A stretch of DNA of 63,447 bases, filler included, from Salisapilia sapeloensis CBS 127946 (GCA_023334545.1; 12 parts of 12 records of this genome joined end to end with filler, not necessarily neighbours in it); one strand, 5' to 3'. Counted from the first letter of the whole stretch, positions 21,507 through 35,337 are shown. A program made the numbers and translations. The notes: a model not told the origin generated them from the letters alone.

Positions 21507-22292
21507 CTAGAGCTTGGACTGCGGCTGCAGCTGCTTCAAGACCACCGGGAGCTTCATCGCCAAAGCCATATTGCCCTTCATCTTGAGCTTCCCCTTCATG
21601 AACGCTTGCTGCGGATTCAGCTTCCCACTCGCGATCGCAACAAAGTCCTCATCAGCTACCGTCAACGTCACATCCGCTGGCTTCTCACCTTTCGTCACAC
21701 TCGGTGACGACGACTTCAAATCGACGTTCCAAGCGCCACCTGGAGTGATGTTAAACTGGATCACACCCTTCACTTTCGATGCCATCTCCTTGCCATTGCT
21801 CTTGACAGCGTCATCCAGTGCCTGGAAGAGTGCTGCTGACTTGAGATTGCTCGTCTCCTTGGAAGTTGCGTTGCCATCAGAACTTTTCTGTTTCTTCATA
21901 TAGTCCTGTGTGGCTTTAATCACTACATTGAGCTTCATGGCCAAGCCCATATTGCCCTTGATCTTGACCAAACCTTTCATGAACGCTTGCTGCGGATTCA
22001 GCTTGTTCGCGATCATTTTCAAGAAATTTTCTTCCGACAACTACTTCCGACGTATTAGCCGTTATGTATGCATGAGATAGAAAGGTATATGTACGGAAAT
22101 GGTAATGTCCTGCTTATCGGAATCGCTCGCTTTACGGACATCGCCGTTGCCATTCTTGAGGTCGACGATCCAAGCACCAGCTTTATCGATGTCGAACTTA
22201 ATCACACCTTTGATCTTGGGCACGAGTGTTGGACCGACGTCGTTCACGGCTTGGCCCATGACCTGAAATACTTGCTCCGCGGAAGTCGCCAT
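21507..22292 (-). CDS. Tandem SCP2 sterol-binding domain protein, peroxisomal (PTS1)
   Basis: Two copies of KGVI.F.I...GAW.VDLK...LNPQQAFMKG.(L/V)K.KGNM.LAMKL; intron 22041-22094; C-terminal SKL. Confidence 0.92.
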
Positions 22293-22368
22293 GCTTATTT
22301 TCTCTCCTTTCGCCTTCTGACGTGACGGATCGCCGTTCGACGTGACATTGGTACATTAGTGGATCACG

Positions 22369-23899
22369 ATGCATGGACGAGCAGCGCAAGAGCATGCGCT
22401 TCGACAGGTACTGGCGCTTGGGGAGTGCAAGACAGAGATGCCTGCTCCATTGACAATCGTGTATGGAGGTGCTTCCACTGGCAAGTCTCTGTGCATGCAA
22501 GCTTTGGTATGGCACGACCGAGAGATCGTGGGAACCGTCGTGGATGCTGCTGGCATCTTCACGCCATCGGATTTCTATCGGGAAGTCTTGGCACAGATAG
22601 CAGATAGCCAAGGCAATAAATCGGAGAGTACCGAGCAAGATGAAGATGAACTTGTGATTGAAAAGCAGCCTCTTAAGACCAAGGAAGAGCATACCGATAA
22701 TGGGAGTAGCATGAATCTCAATTTTCTTAGTTTCGTGAAAGCGCTCGACCGAACGATGAAGCTGTGCCAGCAAAAGAAACTCTACCTGGTCGTCGATCAA
22801 GCTGACCGACTGCTCGATCGAAAACTAGCTTCATTGCTTACTTGCGTATGCTCCATTGGCACGCATCTCGCTTATACCAATGTACGCCTTCTACCTCACA
22901 TGAAATAAAGAGCATGGAGCTCATGTAGATAAAACTATAGATATTCAAGGAAGAGGTATGGAGTATCCACGTCGTGCTTGTTATGAGAGCCACGTCTCTC
23001 GAAATGAACCACGTCATCGCTCCTTTTACGCCATTATACATCTACTTTCCTCCATACACGAATGGTAACTTGGTATCCATTTGTATACCTGACAATGGTA
23101 ACCTCATCATCTATTGCGAGTAGAAGATATCACGAATATCCTAGTGGAGCACTTCGAGATGGAACATGTCGAACCGACATTCCGGCAATGGACGACGTAT
23201 CTCTTCGACCTCCTTCCAAGTGCTCGACTCGATTGGCTCGACTTTCGCCAGCAAGTGCAACAGCTACTACCGGACTTTGAAGCCTTTCTCGCACAAGACA
23301 CGTCCAATACGACTGTATCGTTGCAGCGATCTGCTAACGACAGTGTCTCCAAACTAATGAAGAAGCAGCGACGTCATCTCTTCGGCTTCGAGAAGCGTCA
23401 AGACAATTTCGATGGGACGCAAGAGACTTCCATCGCTGAGCTCAGCCACAGCAGTTTGCTACTAGTCGTAGCAGGCTACTTGGCATCTTTCAACCCGCAA
23501 GACACAGACGATGCATTCCTATCGTCCACAGGTGGACGCAAGCAAAAGCGGCGGAAGAAGGCGACGACAGCGGCGCCCACGACTTCCCAGAAGATGGTCA
23601 TCAACCAGCTTCTCATCGGCCCCAAACCTTTTCCATTGCAACGACTACTTGCTATCTACGACAACATCCGGCAAGAGGCTGCTGCTGACTTGGATGAAGA
23701 CGATCCGGATAGTACGACACCTCGAGAAGAGATTTTCACGCACCTCGCGACACTCATGCGCATGCAGCTCTTCCAACGTACGTCCGCAACGAACAGTCTC
23801 GACGACATTCGCTTCCGTTGCCTCGCGACTGCAAACTTTGTCCATGACGTTGCACGAACACTAGAGTTCCCATTGGACACGTACTTGAACCCAAGATGA
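22369..23899 (+). CDS. ORC5: Origin recognition complex subunit 5, 3 exons
   Basis: Walker A YGGASTGKS, LYLVVDQADRL, YFPPYT, and the ORC5_C motifs AGYLASFNP and QLLIGPKPFPLQRLLAIY. Confidence 0.88.
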
Positions 23900-23968
23900 A
23901 TGAATGATATTAGTATACTACGCTCGGTTACTTAGCCCACTCTCCTTCCCATCGACGATGAAAGTTGC

Positions 23969-26538
23969 TTATAGCAATTGCAGAGGTAACGAATCCTCAT
24001 TCTGAAGGACACTCTCCAAAACGCTACTCGCTTGCTTTAAGAACGGATGATCCAATGCCTCTTGCGCTGTTATCCGATTCTCCGTATCCTTCTCCATCAT
24101 CCGAGCAATCTACAATACATACGATCAGTCCGCTATCTTTTACATACACGAGAGATACACGTACGAGATCCTTTGCACGTGGAGAGATGGCGATCCATTC
24201 CGGATCTTCAAATTCGTACTCGACCGACTTGTTCATACGAATGAGCTCTTCGTCGTTCACGCCAAAGAACGGTTCGTACCCGCATAGCATCGTGTACGCC
24301 ACGACACCGACGGAAAACATGTCGACACCACCAGGATACGCCTCTCCTTTTCCTGCAAGTAGGATCTCTGGTGCGACAAACCCAGGCGTACCGCATCGAC
24401 CTTTAAGCTTCCCATCCGGTTGGATGAATGCTGCCATGCCAAAGTCCGCAATCTTAAGCAACGAGTAGCATAAGAAGTGGTCTGTCGACTCGACAAAGTG
24501 AAGCGCGAGATTCGATAGCTTAATGTCTCGATGCGCAACGCCGTTCTGCTGACAATACCCGACTGCTTGGACGAGACTTGCGATCAGATATGACGCTCGG
24601 TTTTCATCTACCGCCGTGTTTTGAACAATTTCGTCATGTAAATCACCAGAATGCATGAGCTCGAGCTCAAGAACAAGTAACTGACGTGTCTCAAAGAGAG
24701 ACAAGAGGCGTATGACAGGACAGTATCCTCCTTCTGCACGCACAGTCAAGACCGCTTGCGTTAGTATTTCACGAGCTACCGTATCTGGACGCTCCGTCTC
24801 CCTAGCGACTTGTTTCCAAAACGCGTCTTTATCCATAATCTTTAAAGCAGACTGCTTCCGAGTGCCTTGTCGACGCTGTGCTTGTTTTACGACAGAGAAC
24901 CGACCTCTTCCTAGCTCCGTATCACCAAAGTCAGTCACGAACAGATCTTCGATCGACAGCGTCGACGCAGACGACAGAGCTCGGAACCACTCTCCTGCTT
25001 GTGTCTGCGTCTCGAGCTGCATCCAACATTCATTGTGCAGCGCGCCACCATCCATAGAGGCTGTGCGGTAGTACTTAAGAGCGAATTCGAGAGGAGAGCT
25101 ATTCGGTTGGAAGTGGACAACGGATGCATCCGTGACATTAGCAAATCCAATCGGTCGACTACTCTCTTTTTCGTCTAAGTACTCCCATAGACAATTACGA
25201 GAGAGCGTGACGAATCGTTTGCTCCATTTGCGACCAGGCTGCTTGAGCCATGCCCACGCATGCATCCCGTCATTCTGCTTCTGAGCTTCTCTCAATGCCG
25301 TGAAGACATCGGATGGGAGGGACGTCGCCAAGCACGGGACAAACCATGAGGATGCATCCCACTTTGGATCTTCCGGAGAAGATGGAACAGGCGTCAGGAC
25401 TGCAGTTGTGTCATGGATATCCGCGACACTGTCCTCTGCAATGGAGTTCATGCCGAAGGACGAGGCACTACTAAAGCTCGTGGAACTGCTAGTACGCTGG
25501 AAAGCTTGTGCTCCATGGAGACTCATCTCATCTCCTAGGAATGCATGGGCACTGTTACCAGTGTTATCGTTATGGATCGTCGTGAAGCACTTGCGTAAAG
25601 CAGTGTCAACGGTGGATCCACTCGCACTAAGAGACGTTTCGAGTAATGGACAATTGATCATGATATGGTCTCCACCACAATTTGCACACACGGATGCTCG
25701 TTTCGGACTTTTATAATATGCAGCTTGAGGTAATTGCAATGGAGAAGGTCCAGTAACACTGGATGAAGTAGAGGAAGAAACGCTCTCGGTTAGGGTCGGA
25801 GACATCGTCTTAGTGTCCTCTTCTTTGGTTTTTGAAGGCGTCTCGTCCTCAGAACTTGTCGTGTCCGAGTGACCGGCATGCACATCAGTCAAGTTGAGCG
25901 AGTCGCGACGATCAATATTGCGTATACTACATGATGAATGAGCATTTGTAGGTAGAGATAAAGATAGAGAGAGGATCTTACCTTATATCTCCGCTCTCAT
26001 GAAGACTATTCATCATGAGACGCTGGATTAAAACGTCCATCTGCACTTCCCACGGCTTGACCTTGACATCCATCGATTGGGACGTCGTGCTTCCATCCGT
26101 CGCTCGCGGTGGAGCAGGAGACTTGGTCTCCTTATCAGACCGATCATCAGCGCTTGATGCAGCCTCCAACTCTGGTTCTTGCCCAGCGCTACCGTCGGCA
26201 CCGGCAGTTACGCGCACGGCCGTATGTGTCGCGAGATTTCCTTTTTTATGAATAAGTTTAAAGCAGCTCACGCAGTATGTATCATGGCAGCATCCTCGAC
26301 AACTAAGCTGAGCATATCGTAGCTCGCAGTAGACACAAAGCGATTGTCCATGTCTGATCGAAGCGTGCGACGGTTCTATCGTCTCCGTCTCTTCACCGCC
26401 ACGCTTTTGCTGCATGAACCATACTCTCCAGCTCGCATTCTCCAGTCGCTCCGCTTCACTCACAAACCGTCGCATAGTCGAGAATGACTGCCACGACTTG
26501 CGGACAGCCGTCTCGAGGTCCACACCCGTCGCCTGCAT
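23969..26538 (-). CDS. Multidomain CAMK-group Ser/Thr kinase (DUF1752-like motif, B-box, Zn-knuckle-like, PH, kinase), 3 exons
   Basis: Introns 25927-25981 (AG|GTAAGA) and 24110-24164 join ORFs 25978..26538 and 24024..25892 in frame. Kinase motifs LGRGRFSVV, ALKIMDK, HRDIKLSN, DFG, CGTPGFVAPE and RITAQEALDHPF. Confidence 0.9.
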
Positions 26539-26616
26539 CCTTCTCGCGACTTTTTCTGTCGGTCACTTGATGCTTGTCCAAACACTTGTGACGGACGCGA
26601 CGTGGTCGGCACGACG

Positions 26617-27392
26617 ATGGCCAAGGGCAAGCGATATGATCGGCAGCAGCAGACTGGCAAGGCAAGGGCGGACAAGTCACAAGAGGAAGATGTTATCCCG
26701 CCTCTACTTGACTTTAAACGTGAATATGGACACGGCTTGACGGCCGAGTTACTATATGGCGATTTGATCTACGCCGTGAAGAACTTTTTAAGCATGAACG
26801 AATGTGCACGCGTACGCAAGTATGCTGACCAAGAAGGCTTTGAACGAGTTACGCAACGTGCTTCTCGAGATTATGCCTTTCGTGATAATGATAGGATCTT
26901 GAGAAGACTGCCTGCCGTCGCAGAACTGCTGTGGGAACGCATTAAGCCGTTAGTCCCGGAGGAATATGAAGGCATGCGTGCTGTTGGATTGAATCCAGCG
27001 CTACGTTTCTACCGGTATACTGGTATCGTAAGAGGAAATGGAGTTTTATTGACGCATGCGATAGGTATCGAGCCGGACAGAGCTTTGGGTGTCACGTGGA
27101 CCAGAGCGACGTGGATCCAGTGACAGGCTACCACAGTCGCTTCACCGTCCTCGTCTATCTGAACGACGCGGAGGACTCGGATCTCAAGGGCGGGAGCACA
27201 GTCTTCTACGGCGAACCAACGAGTCGCAAGGCCAAGCAGAAACCTGTTGTGCTAGATGTCGCTCCAAAGACCGGCGCAGCACTTATCCATGGCCATGGCG
27301 ACCAATGTCTCCTGCACGAAGGAGCTGCAGTCTCCCAAGGCGCCAAGTACTTACTCCGTACAGACGTCATGTACACCAATACAAGCGGATAG
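26617..27392 (+). CDS. 2OG-Fe(II) oxygenase, prolyl 4-hydroxylase-like, 2 exons
   Basis: LNPALRFYR|YRAGQSFGCHVD (HxD), TVLVYLN, GGSTVF, LHEG and KYLLRTDVMY; intron 27015-27064. Confidence 0.88.
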
Positions 27393-27427
27393 TAGAAAAA
27401 TGATTTGTCTGTATTCTGCGTGTATGC

Positions 27428-30400
27428 TTAGGACCGAGTACTCGCTAGTAGCTCCCTTAGTCGTCTCGCAATCGCATGCAGGAACTTGTTACCCTATCGA
27501 ATACAACATGATTAGATTCCATCATCTACTAGATCAAATGATAAGATAAATAAGGTACCTCATGTGGCTTAAGTGTGCGCAATGCATCTGCAAGTGGATG
27601 TTGAACGGCATGCACCTTATCTTTCTCCAAGCCAGGAACGTAGTGGGCAAAGTGGAGCATCAGGACGATAGATAGATTCTCAATCGCAAACGTCATGCTG
27701 TCCGTATGATACTCCACAATGTTTCGCCAAGCAAGTAGCTTGTCGCTACGCTCGTGCTTGGCACACCCTCGACCTGCCGCAAGACGATCGAGTAGAAGCT
27801 GTCCACTCTCCAACGCCGTCGTGAACATCTGCAGTCGAGCTGTTGCGGCATCTAACGTCGGTGACTGTCTCCACAATGGCGTCGTCGCAGACTCGAACGC
27901 TTGCAAGTCTCTCGAAGCCAACGACGGGATGCTCCATTCGTCATTCCGCGCAGACGTCGATAGAGACATGAGTGGACTGCTCCCTTCGCCTTCATCCAGC
28001 ACACGCATGACACGATTGGCACAAAAGGCAGCAGCATTGCAGACGATCATGCGAGAAGCGTACACCTTGTCTTCATCAAACGCCGACAGCTCGAGCAACG
28101 ACGCACTGTCTTGCGCATTGCCGTCGCTTAGGATCTGCACACAGTCCGGACACGAGAACCGATGGGCACGACTCGCCTGCTGCTCCAATGCATTTGCCGG
28201 ATGCACCTTGAGCCACCACACTCCATCATCATCACGCATATCCTGATCGACTGGAAGAGGTTCTGATCCGTAGAAGAGAAGGACATGCAGCACCGACTGC
28301 GCCAATCGTTCCCACTTGGTTTCTGGAAGCACTTGGACGCACAAGTCGTCGAACTGACCGACGTACCGCAGGACGAACGTCACGTACGAGATCTCGCGGA
28401 GAAGCTCGAGACTCTGAGGCGTGCCTTCCTCTAGCTTTAGTGCTCCAGCGAACAGCTTCCGTCTGCTCGAGATGAGATGGAGTGTCTGGTCTGCAAAGGC
28501 ACGATGCTGCGGCAAGGACGAACCCATGGCACTCAGCAGACGGAGGACAGGTAGCCACTTGCGACTGTACATGGCTTCTAGACGCTGGAAGGTGGCGCGA
28601 GACGTCTCCTCTAGCTGTGGTGCATGCAGTCGAGGGCGATGCGTAGGTAAGTTCTTAGCGTTCGTGAGCACACGCAAGAGGTTGCTTTCCAGTAGGATGC
28701 GTGCGCCTTCTTTCGAAGCAGCGACACGAGAGAAGAGCGAGAGGAAACATTCGTACATGGTACCGACGGTCGAGCTGTCTACTCCTGGCGGCAGCACATT
28801 GTCCCTCCCTTCTCCAGCGTCTTCCTTAGCGAGCTCCGCATCTAGTTCACACAGACGCTGGAAGACATCGACAAAGTGGGCTAAGAATCCCTTCTCGCGT
28901 AGCGATCGAAGAACGACAGCGCCTTGCTCGAATGACGCAATGGACTCGAGACTCGAGATAGCTAGCGCCATGCTCAGCGGATCGTCTCCATCACTCGCAT
29001 CACGGCAGATCTGATCCACGACTTGCGTCGACAGCGCGTTCAGCCTCTTACCGACAGCAGGAGCTCCTGGCGCGAGCAACTCGAACGAATCGCTCGTCTG
29101 GCTTGCAGGCAGCATGTGCAGCACATTCATGACGCACGTGTACAGCATCGCTCGGGCGTGGCGTGCTGCAACTGGGTTTCCAGCCGCCGTGTGTGCATTG
29201 CAAATGGCTCGGAAGACACGTTCCAAGGTATCCACAAGCTTTTGATCCCTTGTCTCGGCGTCTTCCTGAGGTGGTTGACGCATCTCAAAGAGCATCGTAA
29301 GCGTGATACGTGCTGCAATCTCAAACAACTGCGCTGAGATACCTGCCTTAGTCGTCAGCTTTTGCAAAAGAGTCGAGACAAAGCCAAAGAGCAATTCGCC
29401 TCGGACATCAGCTTGGACCATCGTCCTCTGTTCATTCGAAGGAGACAAATAGTCGACTACAAGTACTTCTGCCAAGTCACCAAGCGCTCGAAGCGCATGG
29501 CTTTCCGCTGCCACGCGTTCAGAGTAGAGATTCCAATGGACAGCCCAGCGTAGTAGCTGCTCGACATTGGAGCTCCCGACAGCAGATTGAGAGACACCGG
29601 AACGCATTCGCTTGGCACTTGAGGCCGGTAAAAAGTCGAGAGCATTCGGAGCACTAGCTTCCATCGCTTGGAGTTCACGACAGAACGTCTCGACATCAAT
29701 ACGTAGCCACTTGTAATATCCTCTCGTGACCTCACCAGCAGCTTTCTCTGCGATCGACACGACCTGCTTGTCTTCCGGTACGTCCGGTGGGAAGAATTCA
29801 AACGCGCTTTCGTCTAGCAGCCGACTAATAAGCGTCTTCTCACCTTCTTTCTCAAACAAAAGTTCTAGGACGCTCGCCATGGAAGGAGTGACGGGAGCTC
29901 GTTTGAGCAAACCGACGTGTAGGTACACTGCGAGACCTTTGAGGAACCACCCGCGCATGTTAAGCGACGCAATGACTTCCGACGGACTGCGACGACGACC
30001 GATACGCATCAAAGCGCTGAAGAGTTCCATCTGACACGCAAAGTAGTCATACGCACGACTCTCAAGCACCGTCGTCACGACCTCAGAAGAGAACTCACTA
30101 GCTAACAAAAGGTAGAGGACGTGGTAACAACGTTCCGCAAGCTCCGGGTACTCGAGGACAAAGTCTGCGTTCGAAACGAGCGTAATGATCGCATCGAGAC
30201 CGGACTTGATGTACCCCCCGTCTTGATTCGACCGCATGTGCAGCACACCTAAGAGCAAGTGCGCAACGTTGGGCGCCGATCGGTTCAGATTGTCTAGCAG
30301 GAGATCTAAGATAGCGCTGCGGACACTTGGTCGAGGCGTCCGACGTTCTGACAGTTCGAATTGAGCTGACGATGTCGCTGGATCCAGTCGCTTGCGCTTA

Positions 30401-33400
30401 CGTGTCGATGGTATGGTGATGTCACCAGCATCGAGACTGTCTACACTAGCAGCACGACCTTTTCCAAGTTGTTCATCCACTTCGATCGAGTCGTCATCGG
30501 CACTAAGCAGACGCTGCATGTAGCCAAGCACGATCGGTGTCGCGGCACCACTGTCCACGAGGAGATCGACTAGTTCCTGTCCTGTCAAACGACTACTGAC
30601 CATGCGCATGATTACGGCAGACAAGTGCGGAATGTACGATGACTTGGTGTACTGGATGTACATGGCCATATTGACAAAGTCCGAGCGGTAGCGACACAAG
30701 ATCGAGTGCAGTAACTCCACTTGCAGCCGATGCGAAGGCTGGCGACACAAGTCCCAGTTGACAAACTTCTGGTCGTTCTCGAGCACCAAGACCATGATCT
30801 CCATCGCATGCTGCACGCACCTTTCCCGCAAGAGCCCGACAGTCGTCGTCTCTAGGCGGTGCTTGGCTCGCCTACGCGATGGCACATGACCAGCATAGTT
30901 AAGTGCACCATACGTCGCCTCAGTCGTCTTCTTGACAATGTCCAGACAGTAGACGAACGCATGTTCCAGGTGGACTTCTAGCGACGTGTTCTCTAGACCT
31001 TCCGCACCAGCATCACTGGACAGAATGAGCAATAACTTCGTCAGCAACGGACTGCTGGACAGTATGCGAGCTAAGAGCTGATGAGAAAGACTCGATTCGT
31101 CGGTCGAGTTATCACCGTTACGCAGAACTTGCTTGAAGATCGACAAGGCACGACTCGCGAGTGCCCACTTCTCTTCTTCAAAGTCATACTTGCGCTGATC
31201 AAACTGGAGGAAGATACGGTCAACTAGGAACTCAAAGTAGACTTGAATCGCAGCCACTTTGCCATCTCCTTCGAACGCTCGCCAGGCGTGAGGAGAAGCA
31301 AAGAGCTCCGTCAAGAGTGCTAAGAAGCCTTTTGTCGCAGGATACGTTCGACTTGCACTCTCATAGTGCTCTAACTCGTAGCTTAGATCTTCTCGACCGT
31401 ATATAGATACGTCTGCGGACGTCCGAAGGATCTGGAGAGCATCTACGTGTTTCCATAGGAACGGAGCGATCTCCGGTACGCGTGCAAAGACGGCCAGTGT
31501 CTTCATGAGAGAACCTTTTAGAGCACTCGGAATACGACATTGCAATAGCGACACGAATGTCGGGACAGGTACCCAGTCGTGGTTGTGGAAGAAGATCAGA
31601 GCGAGTTGATGATCGGCCACGACTGCCTGGATGACTGCTTGAATCGCTTGTAGCGCCTCTAGCTCCTTTGGACGGATGAACTTTTGACCTGGATTGGACG
31701 TCGCATGCGCTGTGAGTGCGCCGGACAAGTCTCCAAACTCCTGCGGCTTCTCAGCGTCCGTCAATAGACGCTGGTACTTGATCATGACAGCAAAGTAATG
31801 GTCCCAGCAGAGGATTGTCGGGTTCTGCTTCACGTGCTGGAAAGCCAATTGGGCACAGTCTGGACCTCTAGCAGCAGCTGCCACGAGCTCCATATACGAA
31901 GGCAAGCACGCAGGGTTCTCATGTGCTGCGTCCCGACAGATGATTAAAAAGTTATGACAACGACCAGAGTACCCTTCGACACCGACAAAGCTCGAGTCAT
32001 CTGTCGAAGACACTTCTTCCATATCAGAACGTTGGGAAGTCATGTCTTCAACACGCCAAAAGGCACGTGCAAAGGACGAATCGAGACTGCAGAGTGCGAT
32101 GGCATAGTCCATCAAGTTCTCGAGGCAGTCTCCTGACTTATCTTCATCGTCTTCACTCATGGCAGACCGGTCCGCGACAGTCGGTACATTCGTCACGAGT
32201 TTCGAAGAGTACTTGACAAAGAGCAATTCGAGACTACGTTCGTGCATGGCGAACAAGACAGGATCACGATCACGATCGGGAAGGTGCTTGAGGAAGACGT
32301 CTGTCAAGGTCGAAAAAGCACGGTCTTTAATGGCTTTCTTCACAATTCGAGGCGCTTCATCTGCCTCCGTGAAGCACGAGTTGTCCGAGAGACTGTTACC
32401 AGTGGATGCACCGAGGAAGGCTGCCCAGCACAGTCTCGCAACGCTCTGGAAGTTCGATTGTTCCCATTCTTCCTTATGGAAGACAACATGGAGGTCAGCG
32501 ACGGTGGAAGAATGATCCGAGTCGAATAAGACGCGACCGGACACTCTGTTCCCTGTGTTTCGATCCGTTTTCTCGCCGTCCGGAAGCAATACTTGCAGCA
32601 GTGCCACCTGCAAAGACGCTAACGCACGTAGCGTATACGATACGAGCTCAATGTCGTTCTTAGGGGAGGCTCCGGCGACAGATGTGCTGTCGGATAGCTG
32701 CGAGAAGGAAGACAAGTTGAGGATATGCGGAGAGACCTTGGCGACGGAAGCTCCGAGACGGTCTGAAAGCTTGTGCAGAGATTTACCCAGCGACACGGTC
32801 TCCTGTGGCGTCACCTTGTAGCTCGATGCGATCAATACGACGCAATCTGCAATCAACGCATGCCAGTAGCTAGCCAATTTTTTGGCACTCGCTGTCTGGA
32901 CGAGCTTGGGCAGTTGGTTCTCATAGCTGCTTAGGAGGTTCGTCAATAGGCCCTGGTCTAAGAGTTTATTGGAAAACGTAGTGATGAATTCAAGACGATC
33001 GACAGGCAGCGTCGTCTCGAGACGTAGCTTGAGCAAGTCCTTTACAATGAGCAATTTATACTCGAGTTCCGAGACTAGAATGTGACGTGCTGCTGCTGGG
33101 ATATCCTCTGCGATGGCACCATCTCCCAACTGATCGACACGTTCGAGCCACTGTCGACGCCCGGCATCGCTCGCCAGTAGCCATAGTTCGCAGCTCTTCT
33201 TTTCATTGTACTGCCACTCGTCACTGAGTTGAATGATCGCCTCCTGCACTCGTGAAGGGACGTCGACCGACTTTCCTTTCACAGTCACGCGGTTTTGCTG
33301 CAATGCCGATCGCTCTTGTGCCTGTGGTGGATCAAAGGACAGGGGAGCGACGAGAGATCCGATTGCAGCCTCGAGCGACTCGACAAAAGTCTCGGCGTCA

Positions 33401-33504
33401 TCGTCGTTCATCGATTGGGCGGCATAGGACCGTAGCTCTTGATACAACGATCGGTAGGTAAGCGAAGGCGCAGTTTCAAGCGCAAGCGTCGGCGCGTCCG
33501 CCAT
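27428..33504 (-). CDS. NUP205: Nuclear pore scaffold protein Nup205/Nup192
   Basis: About 2000-aa helical protein with LLQCRIPSALKGSLMKTLAVFA, ELEHYESASRTYPATKGFLALL and LNMRGWFLK. Intron 27494-27558 gives the terminal exon GNKFLHAIARRLRELLASTRS*. Confidence 0.85.
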
Positions 33505-33725
33505 CCTGCTGCCGGTTATTACTGGATTGGCAGCGATCGAATACTTTGCAGCTGCGGACCAGTAAACGACGAAAATATCCGATTTAATAGATGCATTGGT
33601 GTCGACAATGTGGAATTGTAGCCATTCTTGTCCCGATACAAGCTTTTGAACGAATCAAATAATGGTAATATATTTTTATCTTTCCAGCACACTACCTCAA
33701 AGCACCAAAATCGAACGAATCCAAT

Positions 33726-35062
33726 ATGATGCTCCGTCGATCGACCTCTTTATCGCTAATTCGTCGCCGTAGTGTGGCTGCAATGAGCACTTCGAAAGCT
33801 ATGAATGTGCAGGAACTCTCGGAGCGTCAGTCGCTACGTGGAAAGCGTGTGCTCGTGCGTACGGACTTTAATGTACCGATGAAAAAAGGCGAGTCACCCG
33901 CTGTAATCTCGGATGATACGCGCATTCGTGCAGCGCTCCCAACGGTTAACCTTTTGAAGGAGGCTGGAGCACGTACGATCCTGTGCTCCCACATGGGTCG
34001 TCCGAAAGGCGAAGTCAAGGAAGAACTAAAGATGGCTCCGGTCGCCAAGCGTTTGTCCGAATTGCTCGGATCGTCTGTCGAACAGCTCGACGACTGCATC
34101 GGCGATAAAGTGTCCTCCAAACTAGACCAGATGAACGACGGAGACATTGTCATGCTCGAGAACCTACGTTTCTACAAACAGGAGGAGAAGAATGATCCGG
34201 ACTTTGCCAAGCAATTGGCACACAACGCAGACGTGTTCGTGAACGATGCTTTCGGTACTGCCCATCGTGCTCATGCGTCCACAGAAGGCGTCACGAAGCA
34301 CATCGAGACGAACGTTGCTGGTTTCCTCATGGAAAAGGAGCTCCAGTACCTCGCTCGAGCCGTCGAAAGCCCCACACGTCCACTTGGCGCAGTCATTGGT
34401 GGTGCGAAAGTGTCCACCAAGATTCCAGTGCTCAAGTCTCTCCTAGAAAAGTGCGATAAGATCCTCGTCGGTGGCGGCATGATTTTCACCTTTTACAAGG
34501 CTCAGGTAGAGATCAATCGATTGCTATTATATACAAACGCGTACTCATCGTCTAGTAGGGCTATGACGTCGGCAAGTCCGTGGTGGAAGAAGATATGGTC
34601 GAAATGGCCAAGGATATCCTCGTGGAAGCGGATAAGCGTGGCGTGAAAGTCTTGCTACCGACCGATATCGTCATTGCCGATCGATTCGAAGCTGACGCCG
34701 AGTCTAAGACGGTGCAAGTGGATGCAATCCCATCCGAATGGATGGGCCTCGACGTCGGTCCATCGACTTTGTCTCAATTCGAGACAGAATTGAAGGAATG
34801 CAAGACGATCGTTTGGAATGGACCGATGGGTGTCTTTGAATACCCCAAGTTCGCACAAGGCACGGTGCAAGTTGCACAAGTCCTAGGTGAGTGCACCAAG
34901 GCCGGCGCGACTACGATCGTTGGTGGTGGCGATTCCGTCGCAGCCGTCGAAGCAGCGGGTCTAAGCGACACGTTGAGTCACATTTCGACCGGCGGTGGCG
35001 CCAGTCTCGAACTTTTGGAAGGAAAGGAGCTTCCAGGCGTAAAGGCCCTTTCGAGCGCGTAA
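33726..35062 (+). CDS. PGK: Phosphoglycerate kinase with a predicted mitochondrial targeting peptide, 2 exons
   Basis: [49 protein letters not shown] and [16 protein letters not shown]; intron 34506-34558; Arg/Ser-rich N-terminus. Confidence 0.97.
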
Positions 35063-35337
35063 CTGGATTGAATGAAACTGTTCCGATCAGCTTGAGATTG
35101 CCATAAGATCGTTTAAGGTACTTGCATCGTTTCAGGATTGGGCGTCCGATTACTTTTGCATCTTCTATAGAAACAGTTGTATTGATATGGACATCGCCAT
35201 GGTCGTGGCATTGTAGTACCACATGACCAGGAGCTCCTCTACCAGTGCACAACGTGTAAGCGATCGTGCACTGTAGGACGTAAAGAGTACAGACAAGAGT
35301 AAAAAGTCGTGGCAACTGGAGAGATAGATAGTTCGAT

